Part shown: positions 9,661-19,485 of the stretch, one piece after another
Layout of the letters: each line of letters starts with the position of its first letter
How positions within the stretch are numbered: position 1 is the first letter of the stretch
Made by a program: the position numbers and the translations under genes
Notes under the pieces: generated by a model
What the model was told of the DNA's origin: nothing
Databases searched by the model: none
What the model saw: only the letters and a program-made list of their open reading frames with translations
NCBI GenBank assembly: GCA_963666985.2
Contig: CAXXIA010000001.1
Span: forward strand, 32,001-96,000
DNA length: 64,000 nt
Reading direction: 5' to 3'
Origin: Spirochaetia bacterium
GTDB taxonomy: Bacteria; Spirochaetota; Spirochaetia; DSM-2461

Positions 9661-10956
9661 ATGAAAAGATTTCTTTATGGGATTGCGGCTCTCTTTCTTC
9701 TGATTGCCGTTGTCGGCTGCGGCAATAAGGAAAAAGAGGCGGCCGCTGAAGAAAAAGGGCCTGTAACCTTGTCGCTTTGGTCGTTCCAGGAGATTCATGT
9801 TAAGTATTTTCAGGATGCCGTAGGAAGATGGAACGCGGAGAATCCGGATCGTCAGATTACACTGGATGCTCAAGTGTATCCCTATGACGATATGCATAAT
9901 AAGCTGCTTCTGGCTCTTCAGTCCGGTTCGGGCGCACCCGATATCGTCGATATCGAATTGGGTAAGTACCCGCTGTTCTTAAAAGGAACACCGCAGCTTG
10001 TTCCCATGAACGAGTATGTGGAACCCGAAGCGTCGCAGTTCATTATGAGCCGCTTCGATATTTACAGTAAAGACGGCAAGTACTACGGCGTTCCTTTCCA
10101 TGTGGGCGCGAGTGTTATTTACTACAACACGGAAATCCTGAATGCGGCGGGTGTGGATTACAAGAGCATTAAAACCTGGGACGATTATGTAAAGGCGGGG
10201 AAGAAAGTCAAAGCGGCCACGGGAAAACCCATGGTTACCGTTGAATCCACCGACGTTTGGTCCGTTTGGCCCATCCTCTCGCAGTCCGGCGGTGATTTCT
10301 TTGATGAAAACGGAAAATGCGTCGTGGACAATGCGCATAACACCGAAGTGTTCCAGTTCCTTTACGACATGGTATGGGATTCTAAAATCGCCATCGCTTC
10401 ACCAGGGGGATTTCATCATTCCGAGGAATACTATGGTTTCATGAACGGCGGCGGCGCCGCTTCCATCTGGATGCCGATGTGGTACATGGGACGGTTCACC
10501 GACTATATGCCGGATTTGAAAGGAAAAATCGTCGTGGCTCCGATGCCCGAATGGCCGGGCGGATTTAAGTCGGCCGGTATGGGCGGAACCGGTACCAGCA
10601 TTACCAACCAGTGCAAAAACCTCAAACTTGCCCAGGACTTCCTGTACTCTGCCAAGATGTCCAAGGAAGCCAATGTTAAGCTTTGGGAAGAATTGGGATT
10701 CGATCCTCCGCGCTGGGATGTCTGGGACGATCCGCGAATGAATGCGCCCAACAAGTTTACCGACTACTTTGAGAATGAGAATATCTTCGGAATGCTCCTT
10801 GCGGTAAAGGACAGCATGAACGGCGTCCGCATCACCGAGAACCTGCCTCGTATTCATGAGCAGATTAAAACCACGATTAATCCTCAGCTGATTCTTGAAG
10901 GTAATCCCGATGTCCATGGCGTTCTTGCCACTGCGGCGGCGGACGTAAACCGTTAG
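9661..10956 (+). CDS. araN: Arabino-oligosaccharide ABC transporter substrate-binding lipoprotein (AraN-like)
   Basis: Lipobox VVGC; 'PYDDMHNKLL', 'GAPDIVDIE', 'SAGMGGTGT'; adjacent to GH51 and GH43 genes. Confidence 0.85.
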   Translation: MKRFLYGIAALFLLIAVVGCGNKEKEAAAEEKGPVTLSLWSFQEIHVKYFQDAVGRWNAENPDRQITLDAQVYPYDDMHNKLLLALQSGSGAPDIVDIELGKYPLFLKGTPQLVPMNEYVEPEASQFIMSRFDIYSKDGKYYGVPFHVGASVIYYNTEILNAAGVDYKSIKTWDDYVKAGKKVKAATGKPMVTVESTDVWSVWPILSQSGGDFFDENGKCVVDNAHNTEVFQFLYDMVWDSKIAIASPGGFHHSEEYYGFMNGGGAASIWMPMWYMGRFTDYMPDLKGKIVVAPMPEWPGGFKSAGMGGTGTSITNQCKNLKLAQDFLYSAKMSKEANVKLWEELGFDPPRWDVWDDPRMNAPNKFTDYFENENIFGMLLAVKDSMNGVRITENLPRIHEQIKTTINPQLILEGNPDVHGVLATAAADVNR

Positions 10957-10976
10957 AATCTTTTTTAGAACGACCA

Positions 10977-11010
10977 ATCCGCGGGGTGCAATTTCGCGCC
11001 CCGCGGATTT
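10977..11010 (+). other. Intergenic stem-loop after araN
   Basis: aatccgcggggtgc...gcgccccgcggatt. Confidence 0.55.
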
Positions 11011-11024
11011 ATCTGGAGCAGACC

Positions 11025-11906
11025 ATGAACCGGTATTTTTTTCGGGTCAGGATGGTTCCCTATCTTTTCATCCTGCCTTTTATCCTCACATTCCTGGTGA
11101 TTTACTCGTATCCGATTATTCATTCGGTTGTGATGAGTTTTCAGGAAATCGTTCCGGGAGAAACCCGGTTCATCGGACTCAATAACTACTTGCTTCTGAA
11201 AGATCCGCGGTTTCACAAAGCCCTCTGGAACAGTCTGAGGTACACCTTCTGGACACTGGCGATTCTTATTCCGTTTCCCATACTTCTGGCCGTTATGCTC
11301 AATGCTCCCGATCAGAAGGGGCGGACGGCTTTTCGGTCGATTTTCTTTGTTCCGTCTTTGGTTTCGGTTGTGGTGGCCGGTACGGTTCTTCGGCTGATTT
11401 TCGCCGGAAGCGAGAGGGGCATGGCCAATCAAATCGTGGCGGCCTTGGGGCTGCCCATCCATGATTGGCGCCTGGAAGGACCGGGACTCGCCATGTTCCT
11501 TTTGGTTCTTCTGGCCACGTGGCGATGGCTTGGAGTCAATATTGTTTATTTTCTCGCGGGCCTGCAGAACATTCCTATGGAACTCTATGAGGCCTCGCGA
11601 ATCGACGGAGCCAATCGTTTCCAGCAGTTCCGGCGTATTACACTGCCGCTTCTGAAGCCGACCATCGTTTTCGTGGTAACCATCAGCATCTTCGGCGGAT
11701 TCGCCATGTTTGAAGAGAGCTATATCTTCTGGCAGGCCAATTCTCCCAATTCCATCGGTCTGACCATTGTCGGTTATCTCTGGCGCAAGGGATTCCAGCA
11801 GGGAGAACTCGGGGCGGCAGCGGCCATCGGAGTGGTCCTTTTGTTTATTATCCTGGCGTTCAACATGACCAGTCTGAAGCTTTTCGGATTCGGTAAGGAG
11901 GACTGA
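11025..11906 (+). CDS. araP: Sugar ABC transporter permease (AraP-like)
   Basis: EAA loop 'ELYEASRIDGA...FRRITLPLLKP'. Confidence 0.88.
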   Translation: MNRYFFRVRMVPYLFILPFILTFLVIYSYPIIHSVVMSFQEIVPGETRFIGLNNYLLLKDPRFHKALWNSLRYTFWTLAILIPFPILLAVMLNAPDQKGRTAFRSIFFVPSLVSVVVAGTVLRLIFAGSERGMANQIVAALGLPIHDWRLEGPGLAMFLLVLLATWRWLGVNIVYFLAGLQNIPMELYEASRIDGANRFQQFRRITLPLLKPTIVFVVTISIFGGFAMFEESYIFWQANSPNSIGLTIVGYLWRKGFQQGELGAAAAIGVVLLFIILAFNMTSLKLFGFGKED

Positions 11907-11909
11907 CGA

Positions 11910-12752
11910 ATGCTCCGACGTCCTTTCATTGAAAGAATCCTGCGAACGCTCTTTCTCCTTATCATTGCGGTTATTATCCTTATTCCCCTGTATTCTCTGT
12001 TATTGGCTTCCTTAAGGCCGAGCCGTGATCTTCTGCGGTTCGGAATTACGCTTCAAACCTTAAGTCCGAAAGGACTGGAACTATCGAATTTTATCTATCT
12101 CTTTACCGGAGAACGGGTTTATTACGGATACTGGTTTCGAAACAGTGTTTATATAACGGCACTGCAGACGGTTGTCTCCTGTTTTCTCTCTTCCGCGGTT
12201 GCTTATGGACTTTCGGTCTACCGGTTTAAGGGACGGAAAACCGCTCTGGGCGCGGTGCTTTTTCTCTTGATGGTTCCCCTGCAGATCCTGATTCTGCCGC
12301 TCTATAAACTCATGATCGGCCTGCATTTCATGAACACGGTTTTCGGAGTGATACTGCCGTTCGCGGTTTCTCCGTTCGCCGTATTTTTCTTTTATCAGTA
12401 TCTTCGCGGAGTCAGTCGGGATTTTATCGATGCCGGCCGTGTGGATGGAGTCGGGGAGTTCGGAATTTTCCTGCGGATTATTATGCCCATTATGAAACCC
12501 GCATTGGGCGCTATGGTGATTTTTCAGTCGCTTCAGGCCTGGAACAGCTATCTTTGGCCTCTGATTGTTCTTCGGGATAATTTGAAATTTACGATACCCA
12601 TAGGGCTGAACAGCCTGCTGACGCCTTATGGAAATAATTACGATGTTTTAATCTCCGGAGCGGTTGTTGCGACCGTTCCCATCATCATCGTTTTTGTCTT
12701 CTTTCAGAAGTATTTTATTGCCGGTCTTTCCGCCGGCGGCGTGAAAGGTTGA
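11910..12752 (+). CDS. araQ: Sugar ABC transporter permease (AraQ-like)
   Basis: 'DAGRVDG...IIMPIMKP', 'WNSYLWPLI', 'FQKYF'. Confidence 0.88.
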   Translation: MLRRPFIERILRTLFLLIIAVIILIPLYSLLLASLRPSRDLLRFGITLQTLSPKGLELSNFIYLFTGERVYYGYWFRNSVYITALQTVVSCFLSSAVAYGLSVYRFKGRKTALGAVLFLLMVPLQILILPLYKLMIGLHFMNTVFGVILPFAVSPFAVFFFYQYLRGVSRDFIDAGRVDGVGEFGIFLRIIMPIMKPALGAMVIFQSLQAWNSYLWPLIVLRDNLKFTIPIGLNSLLTPYGNNYDVLISGAVVATVPIIIVFVFFQKYFIAGLSAGGVKG

Positions 12753-12765
12753 ACGAGAGGAAAGA

Positions 12766-14262
12766 ATGAAAGCAAAACTGCTTCTTGATAAAATGCACCG
12801 AATCGGTTCGATTGATAAAAGACTGTATGGTTCTTTTATCGAACATTTGGGCCGAGCCGTGTACGGCGGAATCTATCAGCCCGGTCATCCGGCCTCCGAT
12901 TCGGAAGGATGGCGTGAAGACGTTTTATCGCTCATTAAAGATTTGAACGTTCCGATTATCCGTTATCCCGGAGGTAATTTCGTTTCCGCGTATAACTGGG
13001 AGGACGGCGTCGGCCCAAGGGAAGATCGTCCTACCCGGCTGGATTTGGCTTGGAAGACCGTTGAAACGAACGAGGTGGGGCTTAACGAATTCGCCCGATG
13101 GGCGGATAAATCCGGGAGCGAGGTGATGATGGCCGTGAACCTCGGAACACGGGGAATCAACGCGGCGCGGAACCTCGTTGAGTACTGTAATCATCCCGGA
13201 GGTTCCTATTGGAGCGATTTGCGGCGCGAACACGGCAGAAATAATCCCTACGGTTTTAAGGTCTGGTGTCTGGGCAACGAGATGGACGGTCCCTGGCAGA
13301 CCGGCCATAAAACCGCCGACGAATACGGCCGGCTGGCAGCCGAATGCGCCCGTGCTCTCAGGCAGTTTGATGATTCTTTGGAACTGGTGGCCTGCGGCAG
13401 TTCCACGGGCGAAATGCCCACCTTCCCCGATTGGGAGGCGACGGTTCTTGAACATACTTATGAGTTCGTGGATTACATTTCGTTGCATACGTATTTTAAA
13501 AATCACTCCGATAATCTTTCTTCCTTTCTGGCCAAGTCCGTCGGTATGGATCGCTTCATAAAGACCGTGGTCAGTACGGCGGATTACATCAAGGCCAGAA
13601 AACGCAGCAGGAAAACCATGATGCTTTCCTTCGATGAGTGGAACGTTTGGTACCATTCGGAGGAAGCCGACAGCAAGCAGACTCCCTGGACCACGGCGCC
13701 TCCGCTTCTTGAAGATATCTATAATTTCGAGGACGCCCTGGTTGTGGGCTGCATGATCAACTCTCTGATTCGGAACGCGGACAGGGTGAAGATGGCCTGT
13801 CTGGCTCAGCTGGTGAACGTTATTGCGCCGATTATGACTTCCGATTCCGGCTGCTGGCCTCAAACAACCTACTGGCCTTTTTACTATGCCTCGAAGTACG
13901 GACGCGGTATTTCCCTCGGCGTGGAAATCGACGTGAACGTCTATGAAGATTCGGATATGGGTTCGGTTGACTATTTGGACGCGACGGCAACGTATGATGA
14001 AGAAGCCGGTGAAATTTCCGTATTTTTAGTAAACCGCTCCCAATCGGAAGCGGTTGATCTGGATGCGCGTTTGGGCGGATTTTTGCCCGCAGGAATCGCC
14101 GAGCAGGTTGTTATGATTTCCGATAATCCCAAGGCGGTGAACGATGAGGAGCATCCGGATCGAGTGAAGGCCGTTCCGACAAAAGCGTTCGGCATTGAAG
14201 GCGACCGCCTGAAGGGCCGCATTCCTCCGCTTTCCTGGATGATGGTGAGGATTTCTCTTTGA
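12766..14262 (+). CDS. abfA: Alpha-L-arabinofuranosidase, GH51
   Basis: YGSFIEHLGRAVYGGIY, RYPGGNFVS, WCLGNEMDGPWQ, SFDEWNVW, AQLVNVIAP. Confidence 0.95.
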   Translation: MKAKLLLDKMHRIGSIDKRLYGSFIEHLGRAVYGGIYQPGHPASDSEGWREDVLSLIKDLNVPIIRYPGGNFVSAYNWEDGVGPREDRPTRLDLAWKTVETNEVGLNEFARWADKSGSEVMMAVNLGTRGINAARNLVEYCNHPGGSYWSDLRREHGRNNPYGFKVWCLGNEMDGPWQTGHKTADEYGRLAAECARALRQFDDSLELVACGSSTGEMPTFPDWEATVLEHTYEFVDYISLHTYFKNHSDNLSSFLAKSVGMDRFIKTVVSTADYIKARKRSRKTMMLSFDEWNVWYHSEEADSKQTPWTTAPPLLEDIYNFEDALVVGCMINSLIRNADRVKMACLAQLVNVIAPIMTSDSGCWPQTTYWPFYYASKYGRGISLGVEIDVNVYEDSDMGSVDYLDATATYDEEAGEISVFLVNRSQSEAVDLDARLGGFLPAGIAEQVVMISDNPKAVNDEEHPDRVKAVPTKAFGIEGDRLKGRIPPLSWMMVRISL

Positions 14263-15227
14263 AAAAGGCCTTCGTCCTGATGTTTTGCATCGGGGCGACG
14301 CTGCCGTTCTCTTCACTTCTGGCGGCCATGCCTCCGTACGTGCACGATCCTGTTATAATCGAGTCGGACGGCCTGTACTATCTTTATGCATCAGGGACGG
14401 GGATTGCCTGCTACCGTTCGGCGGATTTGGCCGAATGGGAGAGACTCGGCGCCGTATTGGAGATCCAGCCTTCCTGGCTTTTCGAGACTGTTCCCGGGTA
14501 TGCGGGAAAGGCCTGGGCTCCGGATATTACTTACGGAGATGGTCTTTACCGACTTTACTACAGCGCCTCCACATTCGGTTCCAATAATTCGGCCATCGGA
14601 TTGGCCGTATCGCCGACTCTGAATCCCGATGATGCCGACTATGGGTGGAAAGATTTGGGGCCGGTGCTGATTTCCAAAGACGGAGAGGATGATTGGAATG
14701 CCATTGATCCCGCCGCATTCGAAGATGCGGACGGTGGCGCCTGGCTTGCTTGGGGATCGTTCTGGAGCGGGATTTGGACGGCGAGGATCGATCCTGTGAC
14801 GGGGAAGCTTTCGGAAGGAACCGAGCCGGTGCTGTTGGCCGCCCGCCCGGACTCGCCGGATAACGCCGTCGAAGCGCCTTTTATTTTTAGGCGCGGGAAG
14901 TTCTACTATCTCTTTGTCTCTTGGGATTACTGCTGCCGCGGATCGTTCAGTGATTACAAGGCGGTCGTGGGACGTTCCCGGCATCCGGATGGGCCCTATC
15001 GCGATCACCGCGGCCGCCGCATGACCCGCGGAGGCGGTATGCCCCTCTTGACCGGCGATGAGAGATATCCGGGGAAAGGGCATATCGCCGTGTTTTCATC
15101 GGAAGGCCGCGAGAGGATTGTTTATCATGCCTATGATTCACAGCGCAGCGGAATCTCCGTTCTTCAAATTGACGAACTCGAATGGGATTTTTGGGGCTGG
15201 CCGCATGCGGTTGAGACCCTTGAATAG
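14259..15227 (+). CDS. abnA: Secreted endo-1,5-alpha-L-arabinanase, GH43
   Basis: Signal peptide; VHDP, WAPD, WNAIDP, GSFWSGI, EAPF, YYLFVSWDYCC. Confidence 0.88.
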   Translation: MKKAFVLMFCIGATLPFSSLLAAMPPYVHDPVIIESDGLYYLYASGTGIACYRSADLAEWERLGAVLEIQPSWLFETVPGYAGKAWAPDITYGDGLYRLYYSASTFGSNNSAIGLAVSPTLNPDDADYGWKDLGPVLISKDGEDDWNAIDPAAFEDADGGAWLAWGSFWSGIWTARIDPVTGKLSEGTEPVLLAARPDSPDNAVEAPFIFRRGKFYYLFVSWDYCCRGSFSDYKAVVGRSRHPDGPYRDHRGRRMTRGGGMPLLTGDERYPGKGHIAVFSSEGRERIVYHAYDSQRSGISVLQIDELEWDFWGWPHAVETLE

Positions 15228-15256
15228 AAAACGCAAGGGGAATCCCGCTTGAGTTT

Positions 15257-15327
15257 CACCCCCCGGCGCCTATGGCGCCGGGGGGTCACTTAAAACAAAG
15301 CCCCTCCGAAGCGAATCCGGAGGGGCG
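15257..15327. terminator. Two GC-rich hairpins between the convergent abnA and prx genes
   Basis: ccccccggcgcc-tat-ggcgccgggggg and gcccctccg-...-cggaggggc. Confidence 0.65.
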
Positions 15328-15348
15328 TAGGGCATTGTTTTCTCGAAA

Positions 15349-16062
15349 TTATTTCTTAAGGACTTTGCTTAAGACTTCTTCCTTGGGAATGGGCCTCTGG
15401 CAGAAGAACCAATCCTGGCACTTCATGTCTTCTTTGCCGTCCATGCGGTTCTTGGCCGTTCCGCAGGATCCGGCGGGACCGATAATCACATCATCACCGG
15501 GTCTCCAGTCGGCCGGAGTGGCGATGTTGAAGGCATCGGCCGCCTGCATGGCGATAAGGGCCCGATAAATTTCGTCGAAGTTCCGGCCGAGACTCAACGG
15601 GTAATAAATAATGGCGCGGATAACGCCTTTGGGGTCGATAAAGAATACGGCGCGGACGGCTTTGGTGGAATCCTCGCCGGGCTGAATCATTCCGTATTTC
15701 TTCGCCACATTCATGGTGATGTCTTCGATGAGCGGAAACTTCACTTCGACGTTTTTATGGCCTTTGTACTCGATTTTTTCCTGTATGGTCCGAAGCCATG
15801 CGATGTGGCTGTAAAGACCATCCACGGAAAGTCCGACAAGCTTGCAGTTGGCCTCGGCGAATTGTTTTTCCAAAGAGGCGAATGTGATGAATTCCGAAGT
15901 GCATACCGGTGTGAAGTCGGCCGGATGGCTGAAGAGGATCACCCATTCTCCGGCGTAATCTTTCGGAAAATTGATTTCTCCCTGGGTTGTAACCGCTTTG
16001 AACTCCGGAGCTTTATCACCGATGCGGGGCATCGCCGTAACTTCTTCCTGAACGTTTTCCAT
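15349..16062 (-). CDS. Peroxiredoxin (Prx6 subfamily)
   Basis: FSHPADFTPVCTSE, VRAVFFIDP, GRNFDE, TPADW. Start ATG 16062 follows GGAG. Confidence 0.93.
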   Translation of the reverse strand: MENVQEEVTAMPRIGDKAPEFKAVTTQGEINFPKDYAGEWVILFSHPADFTPVCTSEFITFASLEKQFAEANCKLVGLSVDGLYSHIAWLRTIQEKIEYKGHKNVEVKFPLIEDITMNVAKKYGMIQPGEDSTKAVRAVFFIDPKGVIRAIIYYPLSLGRNFDEIYRALIAMQAADAFNIATPADWRPGDDVIIGPAGSCGTAKNRMDGKEDMKCQDWFFCQRPIPKEEVLSKVLKK

Positions 16063-16105
16063 AGTGTTCTCTCCTTCCTTAATATTGGAAACCAAATGTA
16101 AGAGA

Positions 16106-16158
16106 AGTGTAATAAAATTAGCTTTTCTTGGCAAGTTAATAGGAATGGTTCCTATTAA
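16106..16158 (-). promoter_or_regulatory. Peroxiredoxin promoter with an abutting perfect palindrome
   Basis: Minus strand TTGCCA (16134-16129), 17 bp, TACACT (16111-16106); ttaataggaa-tgg-ttcctattaa at 16136-16158. Confidence 0.65.
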
Positions 16159-16227
16159 GAAGTGTCTGAAATTCGTATTCGGCAACTTTTGGGTGCATTA
16201 ATATGGAAAGAATTATATATTTATTTA

Positions 16228-17241
16228 ATGATTGACTTCTTCCAAGGTAAACGCCCCTTCCCTTATGACGAAGGATATTCGGGACCGGCCAAACAGGTTC
16301 GTTATTTCGAAGGCTGGTATCAGCGTCAGGTAACCGCGGACAAATCCCGTTCTCTGGCGGTTATCCTCGGCTTGTCTTTATCGCCCGATCCGCATGCTTT
16401 TATTCAGATTCTCGCCGGTCCGGAGAGCCGTGTGCTCAAAATCCGTTACGAGCTGGAGGATCTTCGGGCCAGGCGGGATCGGTATGAGGTAACTTTGGGG
16501 CCGAACCGCTTTTCCGCTTCCGGATTTGAATTGGATATCGAGCATGAAGGAAATCGGATTGCCGGCCGCGTTGAGTTCGACAACAGGGCGGTATATCCGG
16601 TGAATTTTTTTTCTCCGAGTATCATGGGCCCCTTCGCCTGGGTTCCCGGGATGGAATGCATCCACGGCGTGGTATCGATGGATCACGGAGTTCGCGGAAG
16701 CGTCCGCTGGAATGATGAGGCGATCGATTTCACCGGCGGGCGGGGGTACATCGAGAAAGACCGGGGCCGTTCCATGCCGAAGCAGTGGATTTGGGTTCAT
16801 ACGAATCAGTTTGAGACGGCCGGCGACAGTTTGATGATTTCGGTTGCCCGCATACCATGGATGGGATTTTCTTTTACCGGTCATCTGGGCTTCCTGCGGT
16901 TTGACGAACGCCTTTACCGAATCGGAACATATGCCGGAACTCATTTAACCGGAAGGGTGGAGGAGAACGGCCTGGAGCTGTGTTTCTCGCGGAGGCGATT
17001 TGAGTTGGACGTGGAAATGGAGTGGGAAGGCCGCGGCGGTCCTTTGGATGCCCCCGTGAAGGGATCCATGTCCAGAGAAATCCTCGAGGCGCCCTCATCC
17101 CGGATTAGGGCGTCCCTTCGTGATTCGGGCACCTTACTCTGGGAGGGAGAGGCTTCTCCCGCAGCCGTTGAAGTCGTCGGCGATGCGGCGGCGCTGTTTA
17201 AGTCCTGCGCTAAAAAACCGGGCGATGGAAATCCTCGATAG
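16228..17241 (+). CDS. Tocopherol cyclase family protein
   Basis: YFEGWY, MGPF, MECIHGVVSMDH, GYIEKDRGRSMPKQWIW. Confidence 0.8.
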   Translation: MIDFFQGKRPFPYDEGYSGPAKQVRYFEGWYQRQVTADKSRSLAVILGLSLSPDPHAFIQILAGPESRVLKIRYELEDLRARRDRYEVTLGPNRFSASGFELDIEHEGNRIAGRVEFDNRAVYPVNFFSPSIMGPFAWVPGMECIHGVVSMDHGVRGSVRWNDEAIDFTGGRGYIEKDRGRSMPKQWIWVHTNQFETAGDSLMISVARIPWMGFSFTGHLGFLRFDERLYRIGTYAGTHLTGRVEENGLELCFSRRRFELDVEMEWEGRGGPLDAPVKGSMSREILEAPSSRIRASLRDSGTLLWEGEASPAAVEVVGDAAALFKSCAKKPGDGNPR

Positions 17242-17437
17242 GCCAATGTGAAATCCTCCGGATGAACCCCGAGCATTGGAGCATTGGAAATGAGGAGACG
17301 GCACAGGCCGTTGAGGGGGATTTTCGGATCGGAGATGAGAAGAACCTTATTTCTTTTCATGCATAAATAAGGCGTTTCTCAAAAAGATAAAAAGATTGGA
17401 CGGAGACCCTCGATCCGCTATATTGATAACAAACAAT

Positions 17438-19354
17438 ATGAGAAACAATCCCAACGGTTCTTGGTTCATTATTATTGCTATTTCCGTATTCATTCTTGCC
17501 GGATGCGCCGGAAAACCGGAAGTTCCCGTTCCTCATGCTTGGAATGGAGTATTGGATCTTCGAAATTGGGATTTTGATGATGATCGTATTGTGGAACTGC
17601 GGGGGCAATGGATGTTTCTTTGGAAGCAATTCGCCGATCCTTCGGAATTTCCCCCCGAAGCAGGATCGTCCGGAACCATCACGGTTCCCGGGTATTGGGA
17701 TGATTATCCTATAGGAGGAGAAAACGCGGGATCCATCGGATGGGCTACTTACGGATTGGTGATTCTCCTTCCCGAAACCGAAGAATCACTGGCCGTACGG
17801 ATGAAGGGCATCCAGTCGGCTTGGACGCTTTATGTAAACGGTAAGCGGGCGGATTCCGTGGGGGCCGTCGGAACATCTTCGCGGGATTCGATACCCCGGG
17901 ATGCCGTTCGAATCGTTCCCGTTGTTCCGGATAACGGTATTGTTCGCCTTACCCTTCATGTTTCGAATTATCATCATCGAAACGGCGGTATGTGGGAAAT
18001 CGCAAAAATCGGCCGAGAGAATTCTCTTCGGTCTTATCATGAGCTGCTGCTCGTTGTTGATGTTTTCCTTTTCGGTTTCATCATAACAATGGGGCTGCAT
18101 TATTTGATTTCTTTCTTTATGCGCCGTACCGACATGATTTCTCTTTTTTTCGGATCGTTTTGCATCTTAATTGCTCTGAGGGCGGCGGCCATCAGCAATC
18201 TGGATCATGAAGCACTGGTTTCGTTTCTGAATTGGACTCTTTTAAGAAAAATTGAATATACGTGTTTTTATGCCGCAACCGCTTGTTTCTTGAGTTATCT
18301 TCATGCCGTTTTCCCGGACGAATTTTCCCGCAAGGTACTGCGTGTTTTTCAGGTTGTCGGGATTGTTTTCGCCCTGTTCGTTCTTGTCACTCCGCCGTTG
18401 ATTTTTGAGAGGACATTACAGATTTATCAAACCATTACTCTCATCGGCGGGCTTTATTCGGTAGCGGTGCTTATTCTCGCGGTCGGTCACAAGCGGGACG
18501 GAGCCGTTATGCTTCTTTGCGGTTTTATTTTCTTGTTTATCTTGGTTATCAATGATGTCCTCTACGCCGATCAGATTCTCCATACGGGACATTGGCTTCC
18601 CTGGGGACAGCTTGTTTTCCTGATGTCCCAGGCTTATTTAATCAATCATATCTCCAACAAAATGTTCCACACGGTGGAAGAGCAGAATATCCAATTGAAG
18701 GTGAACGCGGAACTTCTCGCCGAATCCCGGCTGGGCATTATCCTTGGACTTGCCAAACTCGCCGAATATCGTGATGAGGACACCGGAGCCCATCTGGAAC
18801 GGATTCGGGAATACTGCAGATTATTGGCGAATCACCTTGCCGGTAAGGAAGAGTATCACGATTATATTACTTCCGATTATATCGACGATCTTTTCGACTC
18901 CTCGATTCTTCACGATATCGGAAAAGTCGGAGTTCCCGATGCCGTTCTCTTGAAGCCCGGTTCTCTGAGCAAGGACGAATTCCTTGTAATTCAGAAACAT
19001 ACAACGCTTGGAGGAGATGCCATCAAGAATGTTGAGGCGACCATGCGAAAGCAGTCTTTTCTGACTTTGGGTAAGGAGATCGCCTACAATCATCATGAAA
19101 AATGGGACGGCAGCGGTTATCCCAGAGGCTTGAAAAAATCTGAGATTCCCCTTTCCGCGCGGATCGTGGCTTTGGCGGACGTGTATGACGCCCTGACTTC
19201 CAAACGGCCCTATAAAGAGGCTTTCAGTCATGAAAAAACCGTGGAAATTATTATCGAAGGTCGGGGATGTCATTTCGATCCCGTCGTGGTTGATGCTTTC
19301 TTGGAAGTTGAGGATGAGTTCAGAAAAATACGCGCCGGATGGAACGAAGAGTAG
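17438..19354 (+). CDS. 7TM-DISM sensor / HD-GYP cyclic-dinucleotide phosphodiesterase
   Basis: Lipobox-like LAGC; extracellular 'VPGYW..GWATY' domain; 7 TM; LHDIGK, HHEKWDGSGYP, ADVYDAL, RPYK. Confidence 0.88.
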   Translation: MRNNPNGSWFIIIAISVFILAGCAGKPEVPVPHAWNGVLDLRNWDFDDDRIVELRGQWMFLWKQFADPSEFPPEAGSSGTITVPGYWDDYPIGGENAGSIGWATYGLVILLPETEESLAVRMKGIQSAWTLYVNGKRADSVGAVGTSSRDSIPRDAVRIVPVVPDNGIVRLTLHVSNYHHRNGGMWEIAKIGRENSLRSYHELLLVVDVFLFGFIITMGLHYLISFFMRRTDMISLFFGSFCILIALRAAAISNLDHEALVSFLNWTLLRKIEYTCFYAATACFLSYLHAVFPDEFSRKVLRVFQVVGIVFALFVLVTPPLIFERTLQIYQTITLIGGLYSVAVLILAVGHKRDGAVMLLCGFIFLFILVINDVLYADQILHTGHWLPWGQLVFLMSQAYLINHISNKMFHTVEEQNIQLKVNAELLAESRLGIILGLAKLAEYRDEDTGAHLERIREYCRLLANHLAGKEEYHDYITSDYIDDLFDSSILHDIGKVGVPDAVLLKPGSLSKDEFLVIQKHTTLGGDAIKNVEATMRKQSFLTLGKEIAYNHHEKWDGSGYPRGLKKSEIPLSARIVALADVYDALTSKRPYKEAFSHEKTVEIIIEGRGCHFDPVVVDAFLEVEDEFRKIRAGWNEE

Positions 19355-19453
19355 GGGATAAGACCGAGGCGAATCATCCTTGGCCGCAGGAGAATCTCGC
19401 AGCGGCCGATTACCGAAGGGAATTAGCGAGCATCCCGTGAGAGTCCGGTGAAT

Positions 19454-19485
19454 AAAAAAAAGGCTTTGCGACCTGCGCAAAGGCT
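19454..19485 (-). terminator. Intrinsic terminator after the duplicated tRNA-Asn 3' end
   Basis: Minus strand gcctttgcg-caggt-cgcaaagcc followed by a T tract. Confidence 0.65.

Noticed and set aside
12925..13863. Long antisense or alternate-frame ORFs (also 33308-34309, 39171-40223, 49076-49999, 847-1518)
   Set aside because: They are shadows of well-supported genes on the opposite strand and carry no recognisable motifs.
16228..17241. Tocopherol biosynthesis
   Set aside because: This family is widespread in non-photosynthetic bacteria and no other tocopherol genes are nearby.
17270..17286. Short tandem repeat gagcattg x2
   Set aside because: Two 8-nt units only; compatible with chance.
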